Origin: a virus | IMG/VR virus record: IMGVR_UViG_3300046000_003154 | Coordinates: 1 to 64,000 of that record | DNA: 64,000 bases | Direction: 5' to 3' (one strand) | Shown: piece after piece, positions 53,268 through 62,852 of the stretch | How the letters are laid out: the number at the start of each line of letters is the position of its first letter | Numbering within the stretch: position 1 is the first letter of the stretch | Program-made: the position numbers and the translations under genes | Notes under the pieces: model-generated | What the model was told of the DNA's origin: nothing | Seen by the model: only the letters and a program-made list of their open reading frames with translations | Databases searched by the model: none

Positions 53268-54610
53268 TGGCAGAAATTAGAGAATCGACGGATTTCCATA
53301 TCAAAAAAATGGAAATTATTAAAAAAGATGGAGACACAGTTGATATTAGAAACATATATGAAGAGTTAAACCTATTTGATTCTATTTTTTCTCCAGTATC
53401 TAGTGGTAATATTTTATTAACTGATGCTATAGGACTTTCTGAAGAATTAAAATTTGATGGATCAGAAGCTATAAAAATTGAAATTGTTAAATTTTTAGAT
53501 GATGATAGAGCATCATTTAAACAAGCATTTAGAATATATAAACAAACCGGAAGACAAAATCAAAATCAAGGAAGTGAAAAATATATTCTACATTTTGTTG
53601 CTGATGAATTATTATATTCTGACCAACAAAGAATAAATCAATCGTATGATATGACATATACCGAAATTGTCAAAAAAATAATGGAAAAATATTTAAAAAT
53701 ACCCACAAACGAACTTGATGGAATTTTTGATACTTCGATGGGAATTAGAAAATTAGTTATACCAAATTTACGTCCATTAGCAGCAATAGAATGGTGTGCA
53801 AAAAGAGCAGTTGACGATTACCAATCACCAAATTATATGTTCTTTCAAAATAAAGTTGGTTTTAATTTTGCAAGATTATCTAATTTATTGACACTAGACC
53901 ATATTTTGGATATAAATTTTAAAGTAAAAAATCTTGAAAAAGACAAACTTATTTCTGAATTATGTGGCGCTAGATATTTGGAAATAATAGATCAAAGAAA
54001 TTCTACAGAACGAACAAGATCTGGTGTAGAGGCTGGTAAATTTATTGGATTTGATCCATTAAACAGAAAAATTGATTTTAAAAATATTGGTTATTATGAC
54101 CATTATGATAAAATGAAACATGCTAATAAAACACCAAATCTTTCAGAAATACCTAATAGAGAAACAAAGAAAAACATTGAGATGTTTGACACTAAAAAGG
54201 TTGTTAGTACATTTAATACATCATTAAAAAATAGTAATTATGTTAAAAAAAATGACCCAGAATCTATATTAAAAGCAGATGACACAGAAAATTATATTTT
54301 TCAAAGAACCGCACTATTACAAAATTTAATGAGTCGTAGAATTAAATTAGTCATGCCCGGTAATTTTCAATTATCTTCTGGATTTAATGTTAAATTAAAG
54401 GCTCCAAATTTTTCAGAAAAAGAAACTGGTACAAATGATAGTAATAGTGACGAATCTATTAATGGTAAATATATCATAATAGCATCAAGACAAATTATTA
54501 AATATGATAAACATGAAACAGTTTTAGAAATAGCAACAACTTCTACTATGTCCGATAGAGTTGAACAAGGAACTATGAAACAAACTGAGGAAATTAAAAA
54601 TTATGGATAA
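53267..54610 (+). CDS. baseplate hub protein gp27-like
   Basis: FDGSEAIKIEIVKF ... FRIYKQTG resembles T4 gp27 MDGNEIIQISV ... TRIYGCKHF; directly upstream of the gp5-like gene. Confidence 0.45.
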   Translation: MAEIRESTDFHIKKMEIIKKDGDTVDIRNIYEELNLFDSIFSPVSSGNILLTDAIGLSEELKFDGSEAIKIEIVKFLDDDRASFKQAFRIYKQTGRQNQNQGSEKYILHFVADELLYSDQQRINQSYDMTYTEIVKKIMEKYLKIPTNELDGIFDTSMGIRKLVIPNLRPLAAIEWCAKRAVDDYQSPNYMFFQNKVGFNFARLSNLLTLDHILDINFKVKNLEKDKLISELCGARYLEIIDQRNSTERTRSGVEAGKFIGFDPLNRKIDFKNIGYYDHYDKMKHANKTPNLSEIPNRETKKNIEMFDTKKVVSTFNTSLKNSNYVKKNDPESILKADDTENYIFQRTALLQNLMSRRIKLVMPGNFQLSSGFNVKLKAPNFSEKETGTNDSNSDESINGKYIIIASRQIIKYDKHETVLEIATTSTMSDRVEQGTMKQTEEIKNYG

Positions 54611-55700
54611 TCAAGATAGGATTGAGTTTGCTGGTAAAAATGGATTTACTTGGTGGATGGGTATAGTTGAAGATAAACAAGACCCTTTAAAACTTGGTCG
54701 TTGTAGAGTTCGTTGTGTTGGTTGGCATTCTGATAATAAAATGGATTTACCAACCAATATGTTACCGTGGGCAATGTCATCAAATCCAGTTAATAATATA
54801 CATCCATATGCACCAAGAGAGGGTGACATGGTTTTTGGGTTTTTTACTGATGGTGAAAAGGCTCAAAATCCTATTATGCTTGGTGTTCTTCCCGGAATTC
54901 CATTAGAAGCACCTGATAGCACAAAAGCTTTTAATGATTCAAGAACACCCGAAATTTTAGCTAAAGCACCTAGATTTCCTGCAAGTAAAACCTATAATAC
55001 TGATGGTTCTGGTATTGTTATTATTGAAAAATCTACTGCTGAATTATACACGCATTCTGATAAATTAGACGAACCAACTACTCCAAGAATGGCAAGGAAT
55101 GATCCAGAAACTATTACTAAAACATTTATACAAGAACGTAAAGACAAAGTAGTTAAAGGTGTTAAGGTAGTAAACACAACTTGGGATGAACCACTAACAA
55201 AATATGACACATTATATCCGTATAATAATGTGAACGAAACTGAATCTGGGCATCATTTTGAATTGGATGATACTTTTGGAAAAGAGAGAATTCATTTAGC
55301 ACATAGAAATGGATCTTTTCAAGAATGGTATCCAAATGGTGATAAAGTCGAAAAAATTACCAGAGACAACTTTCAAATTGTTATGAAAGATGATCACATT
55401 TATATTATGGGTAAATGTTTCATAACAGTACAAAAAGATGCAGAAATACATGTACAAAAAGATGCGTATATAAATGTGGATGGTGATGTTAAAGTTGGTG
55501 TTGGTGGAAATTATTATGAACATGTTGCTGGTTCATATACAGTAATTTCTGATGGTGATATGAAAATTAACGGCAGAACCATTAATTTAAATAATGGTAT
55601 AAATGGTGCGGTTAGAATTGGTGATCATGATGACGATAGTGAATCAAATGGTCCAGATAAAATGGTTGAAGGTTCTCACACAGTCTTTATTGGGGATTAA
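54603..55700 (+). CDS. baseplate central spike gp5-like (OB domain + beta-helix, no lysozyme domain)
   Basis: N-terminal TWWMGIVEDKQDPLKLGRCRVRCVGWH (gp5 OB-fold motif); C-terminal repeats HVQKDAYINVDGDVKVGVGGNYYEHVAGSYTVISDGDMKING. Confidence 0.55.
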   Translation: MDNQDRIEFAGKNGFTWWMGIVEDKQDPLKLGRCRVRCVGWHSDNKMDLPTNMLPWAMSSNPVNNIHPYAPREGDMVFGFFTDGEKAQNPIMLGVLPGIPLEAPDSTKAFNDSRTPEILAKAPRFPASKTYNTDGSGIVIIEKSTAELYTHSDKLDEPTTPRMARNDPETITKTFIQERKDKVVKGVKVVNTTWDEPLTKYDTLYPYNNVNETESGHHFELDDTFGKERIHLAHRNGSFQEWYPNGDKVEKITRDNFQIVMKDDHIYIMGKCFITVQKDAEIHVQKDAYINVDGDVKVGVGGNYYEHVAGSYTVISDGDMKINGRTINLNNGINGAVRIGDHDDDSESNGPDKMVEGSHTVFIGD

Positions 55701-55711
55701 TAAATAGTCAT

Positions 55712-56116
55712 ATGGCAGAAATAACAATACAAACAAAAGCAAATTTTTCAGATTTAGATTTGAATTTTACTGCTCATCCTGTTAAAAAGGATATAACAAA
55801 ATATTTAAACGAATATGCTATACTAAATTCTATAAAAAATTTAGTATTAACAAATCATTACGAAAGACCATTTCAACCAGATATTGGTAGTAATATAAGA
55901 AGATTGTTATTCGAAAATATTGATACTTTAGTTGCGGCACAATTAGAAAAAGAAGTAGAAGATACTATTACTAATTTTGAGCCTAGAGTACAGATTAAAA
56001 AAGTAACAGCAAAAGCATCACCAGACGAACATAGATATAATTTAACTTTAGAATTTTATCTAATAAACAATCATAACTTAGTAACATTAAATTTCTTTTT
56101 GGAACGATTAAGATAA
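55712..56116 (+). CDS. 25: baseplate wedge protein gp25-like (GPW/lysozyme-like)
   Basis: NFSDLDLNFTAHPVKKDITKYLNEYAILNSIKNLVLTNHYERPFQPDIGS matches the gp25/GPW family core. Confidence 0.7.
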   Translation: MAEITIQTKANFSDLDLNFTAHPVKKDITKYLNEYAILNSIKNLVLTNHYERPFQPDIGSNIRRLLFENIDTLVAAQLEKEVEDTITNFEPRVQIKKVTAKASPDEHRYNLTLEFYLINNHNLVTLNFFLERLR

Positions 56117-56117
56117 T

Positions 56118-58205
56118 ATGGCAGACCGAATCAAAATAGCAGAGTTAGACTTTGATACTATCAAAAACAATTTAAAGTCATTTTTACAACAACAATCAGA
56201 ATTTGTTGATTATGATTTTGATGGTTCAGGATTAAGTGTATTATTAGATTTATTGGCATATAACACACATTATCAAGCATATTATCTTAATATGGTGTCC
56301 AATGAAGCTTTCTTGGATACTGCTGTACTTAGAGAATCGGTTGTGTCTCATGCCAAAACACTAGGATATAGACCTCATTCAAAAACTGCTGCGGTAGCAA
56401 CTATAAATGTTGTAGTACCAACAACAGATAGTCTTAGTGGTGTGTTGACTATTCCCAGAGGATATGGGTTTCTTTCTGATCAAATAGACGGAAATTCATA
56501 TAGATTCATTGTTTTAAATGATACAATTTCAACAAAGTCTGGTAACAATTATTATTTTGATAATCTAGCAATTCATGAAGGACAAATGAATAACTATATG
56601 TTCGTACATAATAGACAACAAAATCCAAAACAAATATACACAATCCCAGACTTAAATATAGATATGTCTACCCTAATGGTTTCTGTTTCACCATCAATCG
56701 CAAACACAAATATAACTGTTTACAGTCTAATTAATGACGAATTAGATGTTGAATCTAATGGTAATGTATACTTTATCCAAGAAGGATTAAAAGGTAATTA
56801 TGAAATTTATTTTGGAGATGATGTATTAGGAAATAGATTGGGTGATGGTAATGTTATATATTTATCTTATGTAGTAACAAATTCAACTGCTGCAAACAAA
56901 GCTAATAATTTTATAGCTACAGCAACCCTTACTGCTGTAGAAAAATTATCAGAATCATCTTCTGAAACATATAATAAAAATTATACAAATATACTCGTAA
57001 CTCCAGTAACAGCAGCAGAGGGTGGTGGTATTAATGAAACTGTTGATGAAATTAAATATAATGCTCCACTACAATATTTAAGCCAAAATAGAATTGTTAC
57101 TGCTAAAGATTATGAATTGTATATAAGAAAAAGTTATCCAGATATTGATTCTATATCTGTTTGGGGCGGTGATGAAGAATATCCACCAATATATGGAAAA
57201 GTTTTTATTTCTTTAAAACCAAAAGATGGTTATTATATTTCCGAAATAGAAAAAACAAGAATTATTGATGAAATTATTAACCCAAAAGTTATGATGACGG
57301 TTAAAACTGAAATAAGAAATCCAGAATTTCTTTACATATTAACTAGTTCATATGTGGAATATAACAAAGATAAAACATCACTATCTAATGATGCCTTAAA
57401 AAATAAAATAAAAGAAGCCATTCTTTTATATAAACAAACATATTTGAATAAATTTGGTTCTAGATTTGTTATTTCTAAATTACAAGAATATATCACTAAT
57501 GTTGATTTGAATTCTATTGTTGGTTGTGATACATTTGTGTATGCTCAAAAACGATTTGACCCAACTTTAGAAAGCAATAATAATTATACTATTGATTTTG
57601 GTATACCATTAATCCAAAGTCAGAAAAATAAATTGACAACAACAGAATTTAGTGTTTATGACAATAACGGAATTTTAAGAAATGTTATTATTGAAGAAAT
57701 ACCAAAGTCTACCACTGGTGTAAATTCTATAGAAATAGTAGATGCTGGAGCAAATTATACAACAGCACCTATAGTAACTATAACTGGTGATGGTATAGGA
57801 GCATCAGCAGTCGCTACAATATATCGTGGAAAACTTACTGGAGTAACTGTTACTAATCCCGGTATGGATTATAATAAAGCTATTGTTACTTTTTCTGGTG
57901 GTGGTGGAAATAGTGCAACTGCTTTAGCTAAAATAGATGCGTCATTCGGTCAATTAAGATTGGTATATTATGATGTTAATAGTGTTCGCCAAGTTGTTGA
58001 TAATTTAGTTGGTACTATCGATTATACAAATGGAATTGTTCAATTAAATGATATTAATATATTACAAGTAAGTTCTACTGATGGTTATGTTCGAATTAAT
58101 TGTGCAGTTAAAAGTGGAATTATTCAAACAACAAAAAATAATATAATATCAATAGATAGTGGTGATTCCTCATCAATTACTATAGATTTACAAGCAGTGA
58201 AATAA
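56118..58205 (+). CDS. 6: baseplate wedge protein gp6-like (baseplate J family)
   Basis: 695 aa directly after gp25-like and before a ~1030-aa gene, as in T4 (25-6-7-8); N-terminus DFDTIKNNLKSFLQQQSEFVDYDFDGSGLSVLLDLLAY. Confidence 0.6.
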   Translation: MADRIKIAELDFDTIKNNLKSFLQQQSEFVDYDFDGSGLSVLLDLLAYNTHYQAYYLNMVSNEAFLDTAVLRESVVSHAKTLGYRPHSKTAAVATINVVVPTTDSLSGVLTIPRGYGFLSDQIDGNSYRFIVLNDTISTKSGNNYYFDNLAIHEGQMNNYMFVHNRQQNPKQIYTIPDLNIDMSTLMVSVSPSIANTNITVYSLINDELDVESNGNVYFIQEGLKGNYEIYFGDDVLGNRLGDGNVIYLSYVVTNSTAANKANNFIATATLTAVEKLSESSSETYNKNYTNILVTPVTAAEGGGINETVDEIKYNAPLQYLSQNRIVTAKDYELYIRKSYPDIDSISVWGGDEEYPPIYGKVFISLKPKDGYYISEIEKTRIIDEIINPKVMMTVKTEIRNPEFLYILTSSYVEYNKDKTSLSNDALKNKIKEAILLYKQTYLNKFGSRFVISKLQEYITNVDLNSIVGCDTFVYAQKRFDPTLESNNNYTIDFGIPLIQSQKNKLTTTEFSVYDNNGILRNVIIEEIPKSTTGVNSIEIVDAGANYTTAPIVTITGDGIGASAVATIYRGKLTGVTVTNPGMDYNKAIVTFSGGGGNSATALAKIDASFGQLRLVYYDVNSVRQVVDNLVGTIDYTNGIVQLNDINILQVSSTDGYVRINCAVKSGIIQTTKNNIISIDSGDSSSITIDLQAVK

Positions 58206-61200
58206 TGTCCACTAATAAAAAGACCTCTCTACTTATTAATCGTCAAGTACCAGATTTTGTTCGTGATGATTATCCAAATTTCGTTCTATTTTTAGAAGCA
58301 TATTATGAATTTTTAGACAATAATAATTATGGGCTTGCTAAAACTTTAAGAAATATTTCTGATGTTGATGTGTCTATGGAACTTTCTTCGGACATAGATG
58401 ATTCTTTACATACATTTGAAGACCACTTTTTTAATAGTTTTCTTCCGTTTATACCAAAAGATACAGCAATTAGTAAAGATATTATTATTAAAAACGTGAT
58501 GCCTTTATTATTGTCAAAAGGATCTGAAAAATCTTATATGCTTCTTTTTAGAATGTTGTTTGACACGGAAGTTGTAATGAGTCATCCAAGCGATAATATA
58601 TTAAGAGCATCGGCTGGTAAGTGGTCGAAAGAAAATGTGTTGAGAGTGATGCCAATATATTATAGTGAATATGTAAGCGACGGAGTAAAAAAAACATATT
58701 ATTTACCAGAAATATTAAATTCTTCTGATGTTTATGTTTATGTTGATGGAGTATTAATCACCAATTATAGTTTTAGAAAAGAATCCAAAAAAATAGTTTT
58801 AGATAACATTCCACCGCTAAACTCTTTAATAAAAATAGAATATATTACACTTAATGTTGAGGTTTTAACAAATAGTTTAATCACTTCTTTAACATCAGGC
58901 GCAACAGCAATTATAGAAAAGGTTGGAAGAAATAATAATTTTTCATTTAATTATTTCGAATTATTTTTAAACACAAAAAATATTATTGGAAGTTTTAATG
59001 CTGGAGAGACATTAAAAATTGTTTATAAAGGATTAGAAGATATTCCAATATATCTACAAACATTTTCTGATATTGGGTCTGTTCAAATTATAGATGGTGG
59101 TGCTTATTATAATGTTGGTGATCCGGTTATTATTAGTGGTGGAACAAACGACTCACTATCAAAAAACGCCACAGCTATTGTTGATAGTGTTGCGATTGGA
59201 AATATAGAATATTTAACTATTTCAGATGGTGGTGTTGGATTTCAAGCCAATAATATAATTGAAGCTGTTGGATATGATAACACATATTTCGATGCTAAGG
59301 TATTAACAGTTGATACTACTGGTGATGTTACACCAAATACAGCAACTTTAAATATTGATTTAATATCAACTTATGCCAACACCTCACTTAGCGCACAAAA
59401 TTTTAATTTTTCTGGGGCTATTTCTTCTGGTGATTGGGTGACTAGAACATCTGGAACTGTATCAACATTATATGCTACAACATATGGAAATGGTGTTTTT
59501 ATATACAGTGGTCTTGGTGGTGTTTTAGGTTCTTCCACAAATGCCGCAAATTGGTCTTTAAGAACTTCTGGTTCAGTTGGTGTGTTGTATGCTTTGACAT
59601 ATGGCAATAGTATCTATGTTTATGGTGGCTCTAGTGGTGTTTTAGGTTCTTCTATAAATTCATCAGATTGGACTTTGAGAACTTCTGGAACAGTTTCTCC
59701 AATAAATGCTTTAACGTATGGTAATGGAATTTATGTGTATGCTGGTAATGGTGGTGTTTTAGGTTCTTCTGTAAATGCTACTAACTGGACTTTGAGAACT
59801 TCTGGAACAGTTTCTATATTATTTGCTTTAACGTATGGTAATGGAATTTATGTGTATGCTGGTAATGGTGGTGTTTTAGGTTCTTCTGTAAACGCTACTA
59901 GCTGGACTTTAAGAACATCTGGAACTACTACACAAATAACCACATTAACATATGGTAACGGAATCTATGTTTATGGTGGTCCTAATGGTCTTTTAGGATC
60001 TTCCACTAATGCTATAGATTGGACTCTGAGAACTTCTGCGACAGTAACAACTATAACTGGTTTAAATTATACAAATGGAATTTATGTATATGTTGGAACT
60101 TCTGGGGCTTTAGGAACTTCATCAAATGCTAATAATTGGACAGCAAAAATTTCTAATACAACTACTGGTTTGAATAGTATCACTAGCGGTCTTGGATTAA
60201 GTATCTATGTTGGGCTTAACGGAATATTAAAAACTTCTAGTAATGCCGCATTCAGTGATATTGATTCGACAATATCTACAAGATTTTTAAATACTACTAT
60301 AAGCAATTTAGGTTCGATAACTAATTGGAAAATAAATTCTTCTACAATTGGTTCTAGAAACAATCAACAAATAAATGCTATCCCTTCAACAGTTGTTGGT
60401 AATCTATCGCTAAATTCTTTTGGTATTATTGGAAAAGTTGATATATTAAATGCTGGTCAAAATTACCAAATTGGTCAATATTTAACTTTTGCGAACACTG
60501 GTTTATATACTGGTCAAAGTGCAAATTTACAAGTCTCAAATGTATCAGTTACTGGTGGAATTACAAAAATAAAAATTAATAGTGGTGGTATATCTTATCA
60601 AGGAAACACAATCATAACACTAACTTCCACCACTGGAACCAATGCTATGATTAATATTGCTAAAACTCTCGGAGACTATGAAAATATAATAGCTGGAACA
60701 ACAAATAAAAATGTTGGACAAATTTTATCTGTGAAATTAGTTGATTCTGGATATAATTATGCATCAAATCCAACTATAAATATGAGCAGCTTTGGTGATG
60801 GTGGTGCTATTTTATCTGCTAATTTAAGAAATGCTTATTTAAACATCCCCGGAAGATGGACAACTTCTGATGGAAAGCTTTCAAATGAGGATATGGTTTT
60901 ACAGGGTAGAGATTATTTTGTAGATTTTACATATGTTTTATCATCGCAAGTGGAATTTTCAAAATACAAATCAATTCTAAAAAATCTTTTACACCCTTCT
61001 GGATTAAAGCTTTTTAGTAGATTTATAAAAGCTAATGAAGTTAACACAAATACAAATATTATTATTTCATCATCAAATACAAAACAATTGTCTGGAACAG
61101 TAAATATTACTAGTGGTTCTGTTGTGGTACAAGGAACAAACACAAAGTTTGTCCTTATAAATCCAGTGACAATTATAGTGAATAATGAAATTAAGACGGT

Positions 61201-61288
61201 TTCTTCTATAACAAGTAATACATCCTTAAATGTAAGTAGTGCATTTATAAACACAGCAAATAACCAATTTATCAATTTAATCGCATAA
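58205..61288 (+). CDS. baseplate wedge/fibre protein gp7-like with nine ~38-aa repeats
   Basis: 1027 aa (T4 gp7 is 1032 aa) in the gp7 position; repeated WTLRTSGTVS..ALTYGNGIYVY.G.GGVLGSS.NA units. Confidence 0.45.
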   Translation: MSTNKKTSLLINRQVPDFVRDDYPNFVLFLEAYYEFLDNNNYGLAKTLRNISDVDVSMELSSDIDDSLHTFEDHFFNSFLPFIPKDTAISKDIIIKNVMPLLLSKGSEKSYMLLFRMLFDTEVVMSHPSDNILRASAGKWSKENVLRVMPIYYSEYVSDGVKKTYYLPEILNSSDVYVYVDGVLITNYSFRKESKKIVLDNIPPLNSLIKIEYITLNVEVLTNSLITSLTSGATAIIEKVGRNNNFSFNYFELFLNTKNIIGSFNAGETLKIVYKGLEDIPIYLQTFSDIGSVQIIDGGAYYNVGDPVIISGGTNDSLSKNATAIVDSVAIGNIEYLTISDGGVGFQANNIIEAVGYDNTYFDAKVLTVDTTGDVTPNTATLNIDLISTYANTSLSAQNFNFSGAISSGDWVTRTSGTVSTLYATTYGNGVFIYSGLGGVLGSSTNAANWSLRTSGSVGVLYALTYGNSIYVYGGSSGVLGSSINSSDWTLRTSGTVSPINALTYGNGIYVYAGNGGVLGSSVNATNWTLRTSGTVSILFALTYGNGIYVYAGNGGVLGSSVNATSWTLRTSGTTTQITTLTYGNGIYVYGGPNGLLGSSTNAIDWTLRTSATVTTITGLNYTNGIYVYVGTSGALGTSSNANNWTAKISNTTTGLNSITSGLGLSIYVGLNGILKTSSNAAFSDIDSTISTRFLNTTISNLGSITNWKINSSTIGSRNNQQINAIPSTVVGNLSLNSFGIIGKVDILNAGQNYQIGQYLTFANTGLYTGQSANLQVSNVSVTGGITKIKINSGGISYQGNTIITLTSTTGTNAMINIAKTLGDYENIIAGTTNKNVGQILSVKLVDSGYNYASNPTINMSSFGDGGAILSANLRNAYLNIPGRWTTSDGKLSNEDMVLQGRDYFVDFTYVLSSQVEFSKYKSILKNLLHPSGLKLFSRFIKANEVNTNTNIIISSSNTKQLSGTVNITSGSVVVQGTNTKFVLINPVTIIVNNEIKTVSSITSNTSLNVSSAFINTANNQFINLIA
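59395..60250 (+). repeat. array of about nine degenerate ~114-bp in-frame repeats; two adjacent copies (59711-59824 / 59825-59938) nearly identical
   Basis: gctttaacgtatggtaatggaatttatgtgtatgctggtaatggtggtgttttaggttcttctgtaaa(t/c)gctacta repeated. Confidence 0.7.
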
Positions 61289-61298
61289 ATAAGCTATT

Positions 61299-62843
61299 AT
61301 GACAACAAATTACACATCAGCAAAAAATAAAACATACTTAGCTAAAACTTTTAAAGATTCTTTAGGATTTACTAATATATACAACACAGGATACGTGTTT
61401 ATAGGTAAACCTTTGGAGTGGGCAAACACTTCAAATATTGATAGTATTTCTTGTACAGTACAGGATGAAAAAAGTATTTGGAATGAAATGATTGCTGCTA
61501 AATTGATAAACTATTCTGATTTAGAAATAGTTTCGCCTAGATTAAATTGGACAGCAAATAAAGTATATCAACAATATGATGATATTGCCTTATTATCAGA
61601 TTTGGTTGTTGCTGATATTGACAAAAATCAAGAAGCGATGTATGTTTATAATTCAGAAGGAAATGTTTATAAATGTTTGTCAAACAATTTATCAGCAAAC
61701 TCTACAATTGAACCAACCGGGACATACACTTCAGCTAATGGTTTTATTAAAACACCTGACAGTTATGTTTGGAAATATCTTTATAATATAAAAGCTTCTA
61801 ATAAATTTTTAACACTTGATTATATTCCTGTACCATCTGCTATTGATATGTCAACAACTTCCACTGATTATGATATGAACGAATCTAGTCTTGTTGATGG
61901 AAGTGTAAATTTAATTATAGTAACTCATGGTGGAAGTGGGTATGTACACACAACAATCACTACACCTTTTTCTTCAGGTCAATCATATCTATCAGTTCCG
62001 AATACTATAAATATGATAGAAAATATGGAGGTTTCTGGCACTGGTATTATTAATGGAACATATATAACTAACGTATCATCATTTGAAAATAAAATTTATT
62101 TATCATATCCAACTACTTCTTCTGGTAATACATTTGATATTTTAACAAGAATTTCTATCGATGGTGATGGTAAAGATTTATCCGCATCAGCAGTGTTATC
62201 TGGAAATACACTACAAAAAATATTAATTATCTCGGATGGTTCAAATTATTCAAAAGTAAATGTATCTATCTATGGCACAGCAACTAGTAATGTAGCTAAC
62301 GCAAGAGCAGTTTTATCTGTAAAAAATGGACATGGTTACGTTCCATCGATTGAGTTATTATCATCTAATGTTATGATTGTTAAGCGTATAGGTGATGTTG
62401 ACTCTACAGAAGGTGGTATATTGTCTACTGATTATGCTTTTAGGCAATATGGTTTATTAGTAAATCCTCATATATACGGAGAATTTGAAGATGTTGTGTA
62501 TACGTCTGCAAATAGTGTAATATCACAAACTTTAGATGTTACAGTAGCGACCGGATCTAATTATACTCAATTTGAATATGTATATCAAGGAAGTCAATCT
62601 TCACCATATTTTACTGGCTATGTATTGTCACAAACAAGCACCGTTGTAAAGTTAATAAATACTTATGGAACCATAGATGTTGGATCTGTCCTAAAAGGAA
62701 GTGTTATATCAAGACCCGTAGTTTCATACAAAACACCAGAATTTCAACCATATACAGGAGACATATTATATGTCGATAATGTATCCGCTATAAGTAGAAG
62801 TGATGGTCAAGCAGAAGAAATTAAATTCATAATAAAGTTTTAA
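61299..62843 (+). CDS. baseplate/fibre structural protein (gp8 position)
   Basis: 514-aa ORF following the gp7-like gene; call is by position only. Confidence 0.3.
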   Translation: MTTNYTSAKNKTYLAKTFKDSLGFTNIYNTGYVFIGKPLEWANTSNIDSISCTVQDEKSIWNEMIAAKLINYSDLEIVSPRLNWTANKVYQQYDDIALLSDLVVADIDKNQEAMYVYNSEGNVYKCLSNNLSANSTIEPTGTYTSANGFIKTPDSYVWKYLYNIKASNKFLTLDYIPVPSAIDMSTTSTDYDMNESSLVDGSVNLIIVTHGGSGYVHTTITTPFSSGQSYLSVPNTINMIENMEVSGTGIINGTYITNVSSFENKIYLSYPTTSSGNTFDILTRISIDGDGKDLSASAVLSGNTLQKILIISDGSNYSKVNVSIYGTATSNVANARAVLSVKNGHGYVPSIELLSSNVMIVKRIGDVDSTEGGILSTDYAFRQYGLLVNPHIYGEFEDVVYTSANSVISQTLDVTVATGSNYTQFEYVYQGSQSSPYFTGYVLSQTSTVVKLINTYGTIDVGSVLKGSVISRPVVSYKTPEFQPYTGDILYVDNVSAISRSDGQAEEIKFIIKF

Positions 62844-62852
62844 GGTAAATAA

